Assembly: GCF_011745625.1 (NCBI RefSeq)
Contig: NW_027191510.1
Span: 49,292-69,291, forward strand
Source of the DNA: Cladosporium halotolerans
Lineage: Eukaryota
Length of the DNA stretch: 20,000 nucleotides
Direction: 5' to 3'
Shown here: piece after piece, positions 1-9,937 of the stretch
Position numbering within the stretch: position 1 is the stretch's first letter
How the letters are laid out: every line of letters starts with the position of its first letter
Notes under the pieces: model-generated
Database searches by the model: none
The model's input: only the letters and a program-made list of their open reading frames with translations
Told to the model about the DNA's origin: nothing
Made by a program: the position numbers and the translations under genes

Positions 1-632
1 TTCAAGCTGGGTGGCTTTAGAGCTGCGATGAACCACTGGATAATCGCGAGATGGGAATTACCAGCGAGACCAATGTTGCCGTTGCACCATTCCATCTTTG
101 CAAAAGCTTCAATGACATCGTAGCCGTCCTCCGCTTCTTGCGTGCCCATGATCGCCATGATGCCCTCAGAGTCGAAGGCGCCGCGTGAGTCAACATTGAT
201 GATGGCATAGCCGCGGGCTACCCAGGTTGCAGGATCAGGCGCTTCGAACTTCTCCAGTCCACTGAGCGTGCCGTCAGGGATACCGAGATTCCATGGAGTC
301 ATAAGTTTGAGCGAGGTCAATCCATTGAACTTCTTGCCGAACGGAGACCAGCAGATCAAGGCCGGTACGCTTCTAGGGTCGCTGTTGGCCGGTCTGTACA
401 CGTCGCAGTAGAGTCGCGCCCCATCCCGGACAGTGACAGGAAGATCATGCTCAATCAAGATGTCTGCTTGTAATGGCTCAGAGTTGTTGCCCTTCCAGCC
501 TTTGTGAAGGGTTTCGGTGCGGGGTCTGAGAGGTTCGTAGCCACCTTCACCACTGATCGGAGCGGGCAAATCTCTGACGGGAACGGCGACGTCGCCGAAC
601 TGCACCGTATCATGAGGATTGCGGATGGTCAT
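1..632 (-). CDS. CocE/NonD family (peptidase S15-like) alpha/beta serine hydrolase, 5' part; continues beyond the left edge
   Basis: Manual translation from ATG at 632 is open to the window edge (210 codons): MTIRNPHDTVQFG...VTVRDGARLYCDVYRP...VPALICWSPFGKK...EKFEAPDPATWVARGYAIINVDSRGAFDSEG...EAEDGYDVIEAFAKMEWCNGNIGLAGNSHLAIIQWFIAALKPPSL. The RDG-x-L-x-x-D-x-YRP, GY-x-x-x-x-x-D-x-RG-x-x-x-SEG and W-x-NG-x-IG-x-x-G-x-S motifs are typical of CocE/NonD. Absent from the ORF track because there is no stop in the window. Confidence 0.93.
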   Translation of the reverse strand, partial: MTIRNPHDTVQFGDVAVPVRDLPAPISGEGGYEPLRPRTETLHKGWKGNNSEPLQADILIEHDLPVTVRDGARLYCDVYRPANSDPRSVPALICWSPFGKKFNGLTSLKLMTPWNLGIPDGTLSGLEKFEAPDPATWVARGYAIINVDSRGAFDSEGIMAIMGTQEAEDGYDVIEAFAKMEWCNGNIGLAGNSHLAIIQWFIAALKPPSL

Positions 633-1274
633 GGTGAGCTAAGACTGAGAATAATTACTACTAGGCCACCCCACGGCATGGCATGGGCAGCAAGCCATGA
701 TATGCTGTGCCTCATTTGCGTACGTGTACATACGCAAGGTCCGCATCAAGCGCATCCACTATCACTGTTCCGATGGGTGCTATCGAAGCACGGCCATCAC
801 GGACCGAGTCGGGCCCTTCCATGTTGTTGTTACTCGGAAGCGGGGACGTGTCAACCGAAGAGAAATTGGACTGCCGGAGCAGATTTGGGTTCTCGGTTCG
901 GCTGAATAGCGCAACGCTAATGAACCGAGGAACACCAGGTCCACCTGGCAGTCTTCAGATAACCTATGGCATTGGTGCCGGTCATCATCAAGGTTCTGAT
1001 AAGTCCTGTTGATACCTACCTTGGGACTTCCCCATTACGCCACCTCCACCAATACCCCATGGGGCTCGACTCTTGGTGACAACCTCGCTTATGACTCGGA
1101 TCAGCGAGGTCGGTCATGTCGGATATGTGGACGGGCTGTTGAGGCCCATGACCTTGCAGATACATATAGGCGCATGGAGCGCTGTTGTTGCAGCTTGTCT
1201 GATACTGTGCCGACATATTCGCGCAAATCCACGAGAGAAACCAAAGCTTCTGGAAGGCAGAATACCTCAACACC
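633..1274. promoter_or_regulatory. Divergent promoter region shared by the CocE hydrolase and the MFS transporter
   Basis: Head-to-head ATGs 642 bp apart. Contains CCGAGG (925-930), a CreA-type SYGGRG (GCGGGG 840-845) and several CGG/CCG triplets. Confidence 0.5.
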
Positions 1275-2956
1275 ATGGACAAGTCTCCAGCTTCAACTCA
1301 TGTGGAGCGAGCAGAGTCTCCAAAGAAAGCTGATCAACGACACGAGCCACACATCGTGGGTAATCTCAAACTGTTGGATGGGAATGATACTATCCTTGTG
1401 CCCACCCCATCTCCAGATCCTAAGGGTAATGTCTTCTTCTTCATAGTTTGTGCAATACACACCAGCTAATGGGCTGTCCAGATCCGCTGAACCTTCCGCC
1501 CTGGCGCAAGTGGGCTATCCTGATCCTGGTTTCAGCCTATGGATGCGCAGCTGTTGTCCTTGCCTCCGGTTTGGGTCCAATCTTCCCGAACATCGTCGCT
1601 TCATATCCAGGGCAAGAGGCTCGGGCGAACGACCTCATGACATTCCCAACACTCTTCATGGGACTGGGCAATCTGATCTCGATGCCACTCGCGATAGCAA
1701 TCGGTCGGCGTCCAGTATTCCTCATATCCATCGTGATCATGATTGCGGGCGGGGTCTGGTGCGCAGCTTCCAAAAGCCTGGGCAGTCACATCGCTGGCCG
1801 TGATCTGATGTCCCTTGCGGCCGGCCAAAGCGAAGCTCTTGCACCGATGATCGTTCAAGAAGTCCACTTCCTCCATGAACGAGGGCGCAAGCTCGCTTGG
1901 TTCGTGTTCATCCAGAACGTGTCCAGCTGCGTCTTCTTCATCACCAGCACCTACATGACGACTGCTTGGGGCTGGAGGTGGTGGTACGGCTTCTTTTCGA
2001 TCTTCAGCGCCCTAATCTTGGTCCTCTCCTACGTTTTCCTGTCCGAGACTGAGTTCGATCGGCCTGCGGACGCCAGCACCGGCGAGGTGCACCTGGACTT
2101 TAACGACAACGGTGAGCTCGAACAAGGTGGAGGTACTCACAAACTGATCAGAGTGACAACCTCTGTTGGAACAGTGCTGGAGCCTGATCGCTACGGCCCA
2201 AGGACCTGGCGTCGAGATCTCAACTTGATCAATATCAAGCCTCGGTGGCACGTCATTCTGCCTCATTACCTTCACATCCTCCAAGGATTGTGCGTTCCTA
2301 CCATGGCTTGGTTGTTGCTGCTGAACGGCGCTTGGCTCGGGATATACGTCTTCAGCGCAAGCACATTCGCGAATGTTTTGATTCCCCCACCATATGGTTT
2401 TGCTTTCAACTCTCTCGGCTACGTTCAAGCAAGTCAGATCGTTTGCTGCCTGGTCTTCCTCCCGCTTTCTGGACATGGCAGTGACTGGGTAATCAAGAAC
2501 TTGAGCAAGAGAAACAATGGCGTTTTCAAGCCTGAATATCGTTTAGTCGGCCTGATCGTACCCGGCATCGTCGGCGTTGTGGCGGCTGTCATCTACGGAC
2601 AAGCGGCTCAGAACCCGGCGCAGTGGCACTGGTCTGGCGTTGTCATACCGTATGCCGCCATCTATTTTGCATTCCTCGGTGTCAACCTTGTTGGCATCAC
2701 GTACGCGGTCGAGAGTTTCCCGCAGCGGGCGGCGAGTTTGCTGGTTGTGATTTGCGCAGGCAGAGGTATCATCTCTTTTGGGCTGAGCTACTCGACACTT
2801 CCTTCTATCAAGGCCATTGGGTACGACGGAGCACTGAATATCCAGGCGGGTATCGGTGGCGGCTTGATCGCTTTCGCCGTTGTAGTATGGTACGCTGGCC
2901 CGCGTCTCAGGGCGATGGCGGCCAAGTGGTTCAACATGGAAGAGGTCAGTGAATAA
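1275..2956 (+). CDS. MFS transporter (HOL1-like/DHA1-related), 541 aa; exons 1275-1425 and 1482-2956
   Basis: Intron 1426-1481 (GTAATG...GCTAAT...CCAG) joins the 1275 ORF to the 1448 ORF and gives the typical fungal MFS N-terminal motif PTPSPDPKDPLNLPPWRK. About 12 hydrophobic segments; IGRRPV, HERGRK, WGWRW and KPEYRL motifs. Confidence 0.93.
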
Positions 2957-2965
2957 GTGAATTAG

Positions 2966-3281
2966 TTGCTCGTGAAGAGCTTCCTAGACGAGCTTTCAAA
3001 CGATAGCAGCAAGCGATCAGACATCACACGCTGGTTCAACCACGCGTACGACGTTCCCGGCGATTTAGAGAAGGCGTGGAAGATGTGGGACGCGGTAAGC
3101 AATACTCTTCCTCACATTGTGCTGTGACGTACTAACGTTTGAGCAGATCAATGCTGGCATCCAGGCGGCCGACAGCGCCATTGTCAACAACGATACCAAG
3201 ACGACCTTTAAGAACGCAGACGAATGGCTCGCGCAAAAACTGCAGCAAGCCAACCCCGCGAACACGAACGGCTCTGCTTGA
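2966..3281 (+). pseudogene. MKT1: 5'-truncated remnant encoding the C-terminal ~87 aa of an MKT1-like protein; exons 2966-3094 and 3147-3281
   Basis: Canonical phase-0 intron 3095-3146 (GTAAGC...TACTAAC...GCAG). Spliced frame: LLVKSFLDELSNDSSKRSDITRWFNHAYDVPGDLEKAWKMWDA/INAGIQAADSAIVNNDTKTTFKNADEWLAQKLQQANPANTNGSA*. From memory this resembles the fungal Mkt1 C-terminus (VK-x-x-LD...WF-x-H...L-x-x-A-x-K-x-WDA...A-x-x-WL). No N-terminal ATG; preceded by in-frame TAG at 2963-2965. Confidence 0.7.
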
Positions 3282-3801
3282 TCTGGCCTGAGAGGGGATA
3301 TTCTTGAGACAACCGTAAAGCCGATCTGATTTCTCCCGATAATAATGGCGAGTCTTTATGTGGGTTCAGACATGAGGAATTACCATATGAAGTTTTTGAT
3401 ATTCGCATTACAGTTTTCGTGTTGCATCTGCTGCTTTCGCGTCTATTCGTGACTCGAGCGCGTGTGACTAGATGGCGACACTGGCGCTGTCAAATGTTTC
3501 AATAAGCCGCCATATTCTTCAATCTCGCATTTCTCCGCTTCTCAGACCTGTGAGAAGTCCGTTAATATATTCCGGTTTAGTCGAATTACTTGTGGGTTAT
3601 GACTGGGGTCAACATGGTCGTAGTATAGTTGCGACGACTGAGCATTCAATCGCGGGATCTGCGTGCTTTCGGAAGAGGTGGGGGAGCTGTTTTTACCGAG
3701 GCCACGATTTCTAACCACCAACACTTCGACAACATTGTTATACCATAAGCGATCGCCATTCGCACTTTCTTTTGGCTTCAAAACATAATCGTAAAGCTAC
3801 A

Positions 3802-5106
3802 ATGAATTCTCCATTACCAGGATACGCCTCTCACTTCGGCTTGGACAACGTCCCTTTTGGCATTGCCTCTTCCGAGCGTCATCCACGGCCACAATGCGTA
3901 ACCAGATACCGAGACTACGTGATATTTTTGGCAAGTCTTCACGAACGATTTCAAGACGTCAAGGGACTCCCACCTGATGTCTTTGCCAACTCGACCCTCA
4001 ACATCTTCGCCGCGTTACCTAAAGCCGTCCACCGAGCCGTCCGGCAGCGCCTCCAGAACCTCGTCGCCACCCTTTCCCAAGAACCCAACGGCGACACTTC
4101 CAACTTTACCCTGCCTTCAACCGCTGTTGAACCAATCTCTTTGGTGTCGATGCATCTTCCAATCCACAGTGGGGATTTCTCCGACTTCAGCTGCTCCTCC
4201 GACCATGTCCAGAACGCCTCGGAAGCAATGACTGGCACACGATCTTACCCGCCGGCGTTCTACCACCAACCAATCGGCTACGCAGGACGGTGCAGCAGCC
4301 TCGAAGTCTCTGGAAAATCGCAAGAGCGACCGCTGGGCCAGTTTTGGAGCGGAAAACCGGGATCCAGTGAGATTGTCTTTGAAGCTTCGAGGAGAATGGA
4401 TTTCGAGCTGGAGTTGGGCTGCATCGTTGGGAAGCCGCTAGGGAGGAGGGAAAGGCTGAGTGCGGAAAAAGCGGGAGAGCATGTTTTCGGCTTTGTTCTG
4501 GTGAATGACTGGAGTGGTGAGTTGGCGAAATATTAGGTTGGATGAGAATGCTACTGACGACGAGCAACAGCGCGCGACATCCAAGGCTTCGAGATGACAC
4601 CTCTTGGTCCGATGAACGGTAAGAATCTTGGAACCAGCGTTTCACCGTGGGTCATTGTACCCGAAGCCCTGGAGCGGTTTCGGACTGCATCAATTGCACG
4701 CAAGGCAGACGTGCCGGTCCGATCGTACCTCTCTGACACGGGCCGTGATGCTTTGGACATCAAACTCTCTGTCCACATTCTATCCTCAGGCTCAGAGAGA
4801 CACTCGACAGTGTGCAGATCCAACAGCTCATACCTCTACTGGACGCTGGAGCAGTGCCTCGCCCAGCAGGCATTGGCAGGGTCTGGGTTGCAGACCGGCG
4901 ACATCATCGCTACTGGTACTGTTAGTGGATCAGGCGAGGAGGAACACGGGTGTCTGATGGAGCACATGAGGGTAGGGACTAAACCACCGCGTGGGTACTT
5001 GGAGGACGGAGAGACAGTGCTTCTAGAGGGCTTCTGTGGAGAAGGTGTTGGTTTTGGAGAATGTGTTGGCGCGTTGATGCCGGCGAGCGAGATCAATGCA
5101 TGTTGA
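3802..5106 (+). CDS. Fumarylacetoacetase (FAH) family hydrolase, 416 aa; exons 3802-4516 and 4571-5106
   Basis: HFGLDNVPFGIAS N-terminus, DFSCSSDH, DFELELG, PLGPMNGKN and GDIIATGTVSG motifs. Intron 4517-4570 (GTGAGT...CTGAC...ACAG) restores the conserved NDWSARDIQ. Confidence 0.95.
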
Positions 5107-5150
5107 CTGTATGCCGGGACACAAATGTCAGAGCGACCATCAACGCAACA

Positions 5151-6337
5151 TTAAGCTTCCGGAGTCCACCAATTCTGTTCAGTCGCGATCGCCTTGTCAA
5201 ACTCATAAACTCCAGTGACACGCGCTCTCCAATCCTCAACACCTTTCTCTGTCTGCTTGATATACATTCCCGGATCTTGTGTCATGTTGAGGTAAAAAGG
5301 CTGGTTGAGGTAGTCTACTTCGCCCTCAGCCCAGTCAACACCAGCCGTGGAGATGTTCCAGTTCTCAATCTCTGCCCTAGCTGTCGAACAAGATACAAGT
5401 CAGCAGGAGGTCTCTTGGTGGGCGAAACGCGAAGCATGTCTACTCACCAGCCGCCGGGAGCGTCAACCGCATTGGACATTGATACCAAGCTGCGAAGTAA
5501 TCTATGGCCAGCATTATGCGATGCTGCTCACTGCGATTAGGCATACCCGCGTGCCAAAGGCGTAGATCACGTAGGCAGATGCTGCCTTTCCTCAGTCTTG
5601 GCTGGAGAGGTGCTTTGATCTTGGCCTGCTTCTGGATGTATTCCTTCTTGATCCAGCCGCTTTCTTTGCTTGACTGCTGCTCATCTCTTCCATAAGCATT
5701 GTGCGTCCCAGCCCAGACCTGTGCCATGTCAGTCGCAGCCATGCGAGTATGGGAGGCGAAGTGCCCTTACTTCTGTGACACCATTTTGCTCGTCCGAGTC
5801 TTGCAGGTATGTGTTGACAACGATCCCAAATGGTATTGTCGGAAAATCGTGATTTACGTCGCTATGAACAGCCTGTCGGCCTGTCGCACCCGGCATGGCG
5901 ACGTTGCTGTTGATGAATCGGAGCTCTGGCTTCGGACCAAGAATGTTCTCAATGACACGCATCGTATGCACATTGGCATAGAACTCGCGGCGCAACCACT
6001 CGGGTGTGAGTGGCGGTACGACGCTGACATTCCTTGTCGCTTCGCCTTGATTCCATTGCTGGAACTTCTTTCCAACATAGACTCCCGTGTCTTCGACGAT
6101 CTTTTTGTACAGTGCATCGACCGTGTCGTCGTCGATAGCGTTCTCGAGGACAACGAAGCCGTCGCGGTGGTAGTGGTACAGGCACTGCTGAACTGTTTCC
6201 AGTCGCGTGACGCCCGAGATCCGTTCTTGGTCTGTGAGTCGGATTGTGACTGGGCCATCGCCTCGTTGATCGACCTTTGGGGCATATGCGCCTTCGGAGT
6301 AAGCGCCAGCCGATGTGAGGGTGTTCGTGGGAGACAT
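5151..6337 (-). CDS. Phytanoyl-CoA dioxygenase (PhyH) family / KanJ-like Fe(II)/2-oxoglutarate dioxygenase, 355 aa; exons 6337-5771, 5718-5448, 5380-5151
   Basis: HRDGFVVLENAI N-terminal motif, HxD (RQAVHSD), distal His (RDLRLWHAGMPN) and a likely 2OG-binding Arg (HRIML). Introns 5770-5719 (GTAAGG...CTGAC...CAG) and 5447-5381 (GTGAGT...CTGAC...CAG) keep the frame through to TAA at 5153-5151. Confidence 0.9.
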
Positions 6338-7282
6338 CCCGCTAATACTTTGTGATCGGTTGGCAGCCTGTTGGTGAGGGTACGAACGCAGAGTGCAAAA
6401 GTGAACGCAGTTGACTTGAAGATGAACGATGGTTTTTCGCGGCCTGCGTCGGTTCCATGATCATTGTAAGAGCCTCAGACACGGTGTACCCCTCGTGGTG
6501 GGGCACTGCGGCTAATTAGGCTAAAAGTGCCGTAAATTGGTATGTCTTCAGGCTCACAAACCTGCTTTGCTACTTGCACTTTCTTATGATCCTTTTACTG
6601 CTCAATATCGGGTGAGATGACCTAGTTTCGTCAAGCAGCATAAGTCATTTCGCAACACAGCCGGTGAAGCATTAGCAAGACGGCGTCCGGCAGGTGGTGA
6701 GCTCGAAGGCCAGAGCGACGTGTCACCAGGTCGCAGATCTCGCATGCATCTCAATGTATACCCTGTTGACACACTTCGAGGATTGTACCATTTTCATGAA
6801 GCAATGTAATCTCGCAGTCAACGCTTGGTCGCTCGCACTTCCCCGGCTGGTCACGATTCGAAGAAAGAGATCAACTGCGTCGCATCGTTCCACAAGCCCA
6901 GCAGATGCTGAGAAGATGGCACGCAACATTCAAGCAGCGCCGACGACATTCTTCGGTTGGTGATCTCAATTTCTCGAATCGCCCAAAGATGATGAACACC
7001 TCACCTTGTGACTACCTAGGTATGTTGAGGACACAAAGCTACCCCGCAAGATACTCGCGATGGCGCGGCTGTCGGCCCAATGGAGTTGAGCGACCCTTGG
7101 CGACGCAGATAAAAGAGCAGAACGTCTCTCACTGTTTCATTCCAGCTAGTTTCCGTCTAAAGGGAATCCTTCGGGGCAAACACAAATCGGTAAACTGTTG
7201 AGCGCAGCAAAAGCTTTCGAAACATAACCATCTACCGCACAACAGCAACTCTGCTGAACAGCCCAGTGAAGCTCAGGAGAAA

Positions 7283-8128
7283 ATGGCTTCTCCTGACCAC
7301 GAGCCAAATGCGGTACATGTCTCCAAGACCGCCAAAGGCATAACGACCATCACCATCTCGCGCCCCCAGCGCCGTAACGCAATCGACGGCCCGACTGGCC
7401 GTAAACTCTACACAGCTTTCATCGACTTCGAGCACGACCCCTCACAGAAAGTCTGTGTCTTCTACGGCGACCACGGCAATTTCAGTGCCGGTTTCGACCT
7501 GCATGAAGTCTCTACTTGGGCCGAGAAATCCAGCGGAAACGCTGGGTACCGAGGCCCCATCGTCGACGCCGCGCACTCTGTACAAGGGCGGAATCTGGGA
7601 CCCATCGGACCTTCGAGGCTAGACATTAGGAAGCCCGTCATCTCCGCCGTCGCGGGCTATGCAGTCGCTGGAGGTTTGGAGCTGAGTCTGCTGGGAGACA
7701 TGCGAGTAGCGGAGGAGGATGCAGTGTTCGGCATCTTCTGCCGGCGTTTCGGTGTGCCTTTGATCGATGGCGGTACAGTGCGGCTGCAGGCGATTGTTGG
7801 ATTGGGACGGGCCCTTGACATGATCTTGACAGGCAGGGCAGTGAGCGCGCAGGAAGCGTATGCGATGGGTCTTGCAAACCGGGTGGTGCCAAAGGGCAAG
7901 GCGCTGGAAGAGGCGACGAAGCTGGCGGAGTCACTGCTGGAGTTCCCCCAGGCGTGCATGAACACGGATCGAGCCAGCTGTTATTACTCAGTTTACAACG
8001 CGACCTCGTTCGAGGATGCGCTGCGGAATGAGTTTGAGAATGGGTCACAAGTCATTCAATCAGAGAGCGTGCAAGGGGCTACGAGGTTTAGCAAAGGCGC
8101 GGGCAGGCACGGTAGTTTCAAGTTGTGA
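7283..8128 (+). CDS. Enoyl-CoA hydratase/isomerase (crotonase) family protein, 281 aa, intronless
   Basis: ITISRPQRRNAID, FSAGFDL, KPVISAVAGYAVAGGLELSL, GVPLIDGGTVRL, DMILTGR and GLANRVVP motifs; ends GAGRHGSFKL. Confidence 0.95.
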   Translation: MASPDHEPNAVHVSKTAKGITTITISRPQRRNAIDGPTGRKLYTAFIDFEHDPSQKVCVFYGDHGNFSAGFDLHEVSTWAEKSSGNAGYRGPIVDAAHSVQGRNLGPIGPSRLDIRKPVISAVAGYAVAGGLELSLLGDMRVAEEDAVFGIFCRRFGVPLIDGGTVRLQAIVGLGRALDMILTGRAVSAQEAYAMGLANRVVPKGKALEEATKLAESLLEFPQACMNTDRASCYYSVYNATSFEDALRNEFENGSQVIQSESVQGATRFSKGAGRHGSFKL

Positions 8129-8410
8129 ACATCACAGAGGTCCAAGACAGGTATGAAATCGTGTTTTATCGTTCAAGCTACTTCATCTTCGGAACAATGC
8201 AATTTGGAATTTCAGAAGTATCGACAGCAGGTAATTTTTGCAGGGCTGGTTGTCCGCAAGTATCACAATCCAGGAGATCGAGCTTGCACGACCACCCCTC
8301 CAATTTTTGAAGAGCAAAAGGAACGAACCACAGTGTGGATCATGGCGCTATCAGCTTTAACCATGCCATTCTCAGTTTCTGGGAACAAAGGAAATCATGG
8401 AACCCGCTGG

Positions 8411-9937
8411 CTACTCGACGTCGTCGTCCAGCTCGGATTCTTCCTCATCCGACTCCGAATCCTGATCATCAGGAAAGTTGCGCCTGTTTGCAGTTTCCTC
8501 TGCAAGCTCGCTGCTATGTTCATCGCTCGAGGTGGAAAGATCATCTGCCGCAGCAGCATCCTCCTGCTCTCCCACGATCTCCTCTGAGGTATCCTCAGGC
8601 AGGCTATTCGAGTAAGCGACGAGCCTATTGGCAACGCGACGCATGCACACCTGAATCTCCCGTGGGGTATCTGGGTTCGACATGGAGTAGATCCAACTGA
8701 GCGCCCTTCCGATGAATTTCCTCATCCTCTTGTTGAGGGTGCTGGCTTCCATGGCTTTGGCGTGCGCCAGGCGGACCTTTCTCACCTCGAAATTCGCTAG
8801 TATGTGCTTCGCCACCTCGACAGAAGCGTCTTTACCGCGAGGAATATAGTCTGAGAACCCATTTGTGGTCTCGGTTATCTCCCAGCCAAAATCGTAGCGT
8901 TGAGGGTCGCTCTGCCAGAGTTCGTCGGTGCGCAGACGAATTTCCCTGTTCGGCTCGTCCTCAATCTCGCCAACCTCGACCTGGGCGTTGCGGAGGCGCT
9001 CTTTCAAGATGCCGACGTTCGTGTGAAAGATCTCAACGCGGCGCAATTGACGAGCGACCTTGCCAGGCACATCGTGAGTGAACCACTGGGCGATCTGCAA
9101 TCGGCGAGAGGGCGACGTTGTTGCATGCTCAGCGATGGTCAGGTGTTCGGCCCAGGCAGAAAAGGTTGTAGGGTTGTCGGTGCGGAAGATGGCGATGCGG
9201 CGTGTGAACTCGTCGATTATGCCATCTCCAGAAAGCTGATACTGGCGGAGGTCGTTCTCGGTGGCATTCACATACGCCGTCATTCTATCGTCAAGATTCT
9301 GCTGCAGCATGTTGGTCCGTCTTCGCAGCAGACTTGATCCAAGACGATAAACAAGACCTCTGCGCTCGTCTCTCCTCCTAAGCTGCTCACGCCGGCTGTG
9401 GCAGAGCTGGCTTGGTGTGCCAGAGAACGTAGGCATGGTTGGGTCGAGAGTTGTGTCCAGCAAAGCGACGTTTGAAGGGCCGTACTCCTGGTTCATGATG
9501 CGCATTCCTTCCAGAATGCCGGCGCGACTCTCCCATCCAGTCCCAACCGGAAGGGGCAGGTTGAGGAAGCGGTTGAATGTTCGGCGGAACACAAAGACGT
9601 CGTTCGCGCTCGCTGTGCCCTCGAACCTGGAGGCAAGGGCCGCCTCAAAATCACGACCGCGGCGACGAACCTCGTAGTCGTGGTTCCTCGGCGGCGGAGA
9701 CTCGTTGTTGCGGCGATCACGCTCGCTGCGGTCGATCGCGTCGGCGGCCCTGGTTCGGTGGCGGCCGGTACGAGCCCAGCTCCCTTCTTCGGACCCGGAA
9801 TCCTCGTCGTTGTTTTGCGCGTGGGCGTTGTTCCACGCGTGGGCGACGACGTCCGCCATCGCCTCCTCTGTGTTGTGGGCGACCTGCAGGTGCGCCTCGA
9901 ATGGGAGAGCAATGCCTGACCCGCCGACGGTAGGCAT
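8411..9937 (-). CDS. Hypothetical protein, 508 aa, with charged disordered N-terminal region and acidic C-terminal tail
   Basis: 1.5 kb uninterrupted ORF. First ATG at 9937 is in good context (GCTACCATGC) after a C/A-rich leader; the ORF-track start at 10069 is TTG. No family motif recognised. Confidence 0.75.
   Translation of the reverse strand: MPTVGGSGIALPFEAHLQVAHNTEEAMADVVAHAWNNAHAQNNDEDSGSEEGSWARTGRHRTRAADAIDRSERDRRNNESPPPRNHDYEVRRRGRDFEAALASRFEGTASANDVFVFRRTFNRFLNLPLPVGTGWESRAGILEGMRIMNQEYGPSNVALLDTTLDPTMPTFSGTPSQLCHSRREQLRRRDERRGLVYRLGSSLLRRRTNMLQQNLDDRMTAYVNATENDLRQYQLSGDGIIDEFTRRIAIFRTDNPTTFSAWAEHLTIAEHATTSPSRRLQIAQWFTHDVPGKVARQLRRVEIFHTNVGILKERLRNAQVEVGEIEDEPNREIRLRTDELWQSDPQRYDFGWEITETTNGFSDYIPRGKDASVEVAKHILANFEVRKVRLAHAKAMEASTLNKRMRKFIGRALSWIYSMSNPDTPREIQVCMRRVANRLVAYSNSLPEDTSEEIVGEQEDAAAADDLSTSSDEHSSELAEETANRRNFPDDQDSESDEEESELDDDVE

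Noticed and set aside
1448..1481. ORF-track start of the MFS protein (MCNTHQLMGCP)
   Set aside because: Lies inside intron 1426-1481; the real start is ATG 1275.
2885..2965. MFS-MKT1 fusion protein through readthrough or splicing to the AG at 2964-2965
   Set aside because: Two in-frame stops (TAA, TAG) intervene, the GTCAGT...AG interval is only 21 nt, and there is no CTRAY branch site before the AG. Would need RNA-seq evidence.
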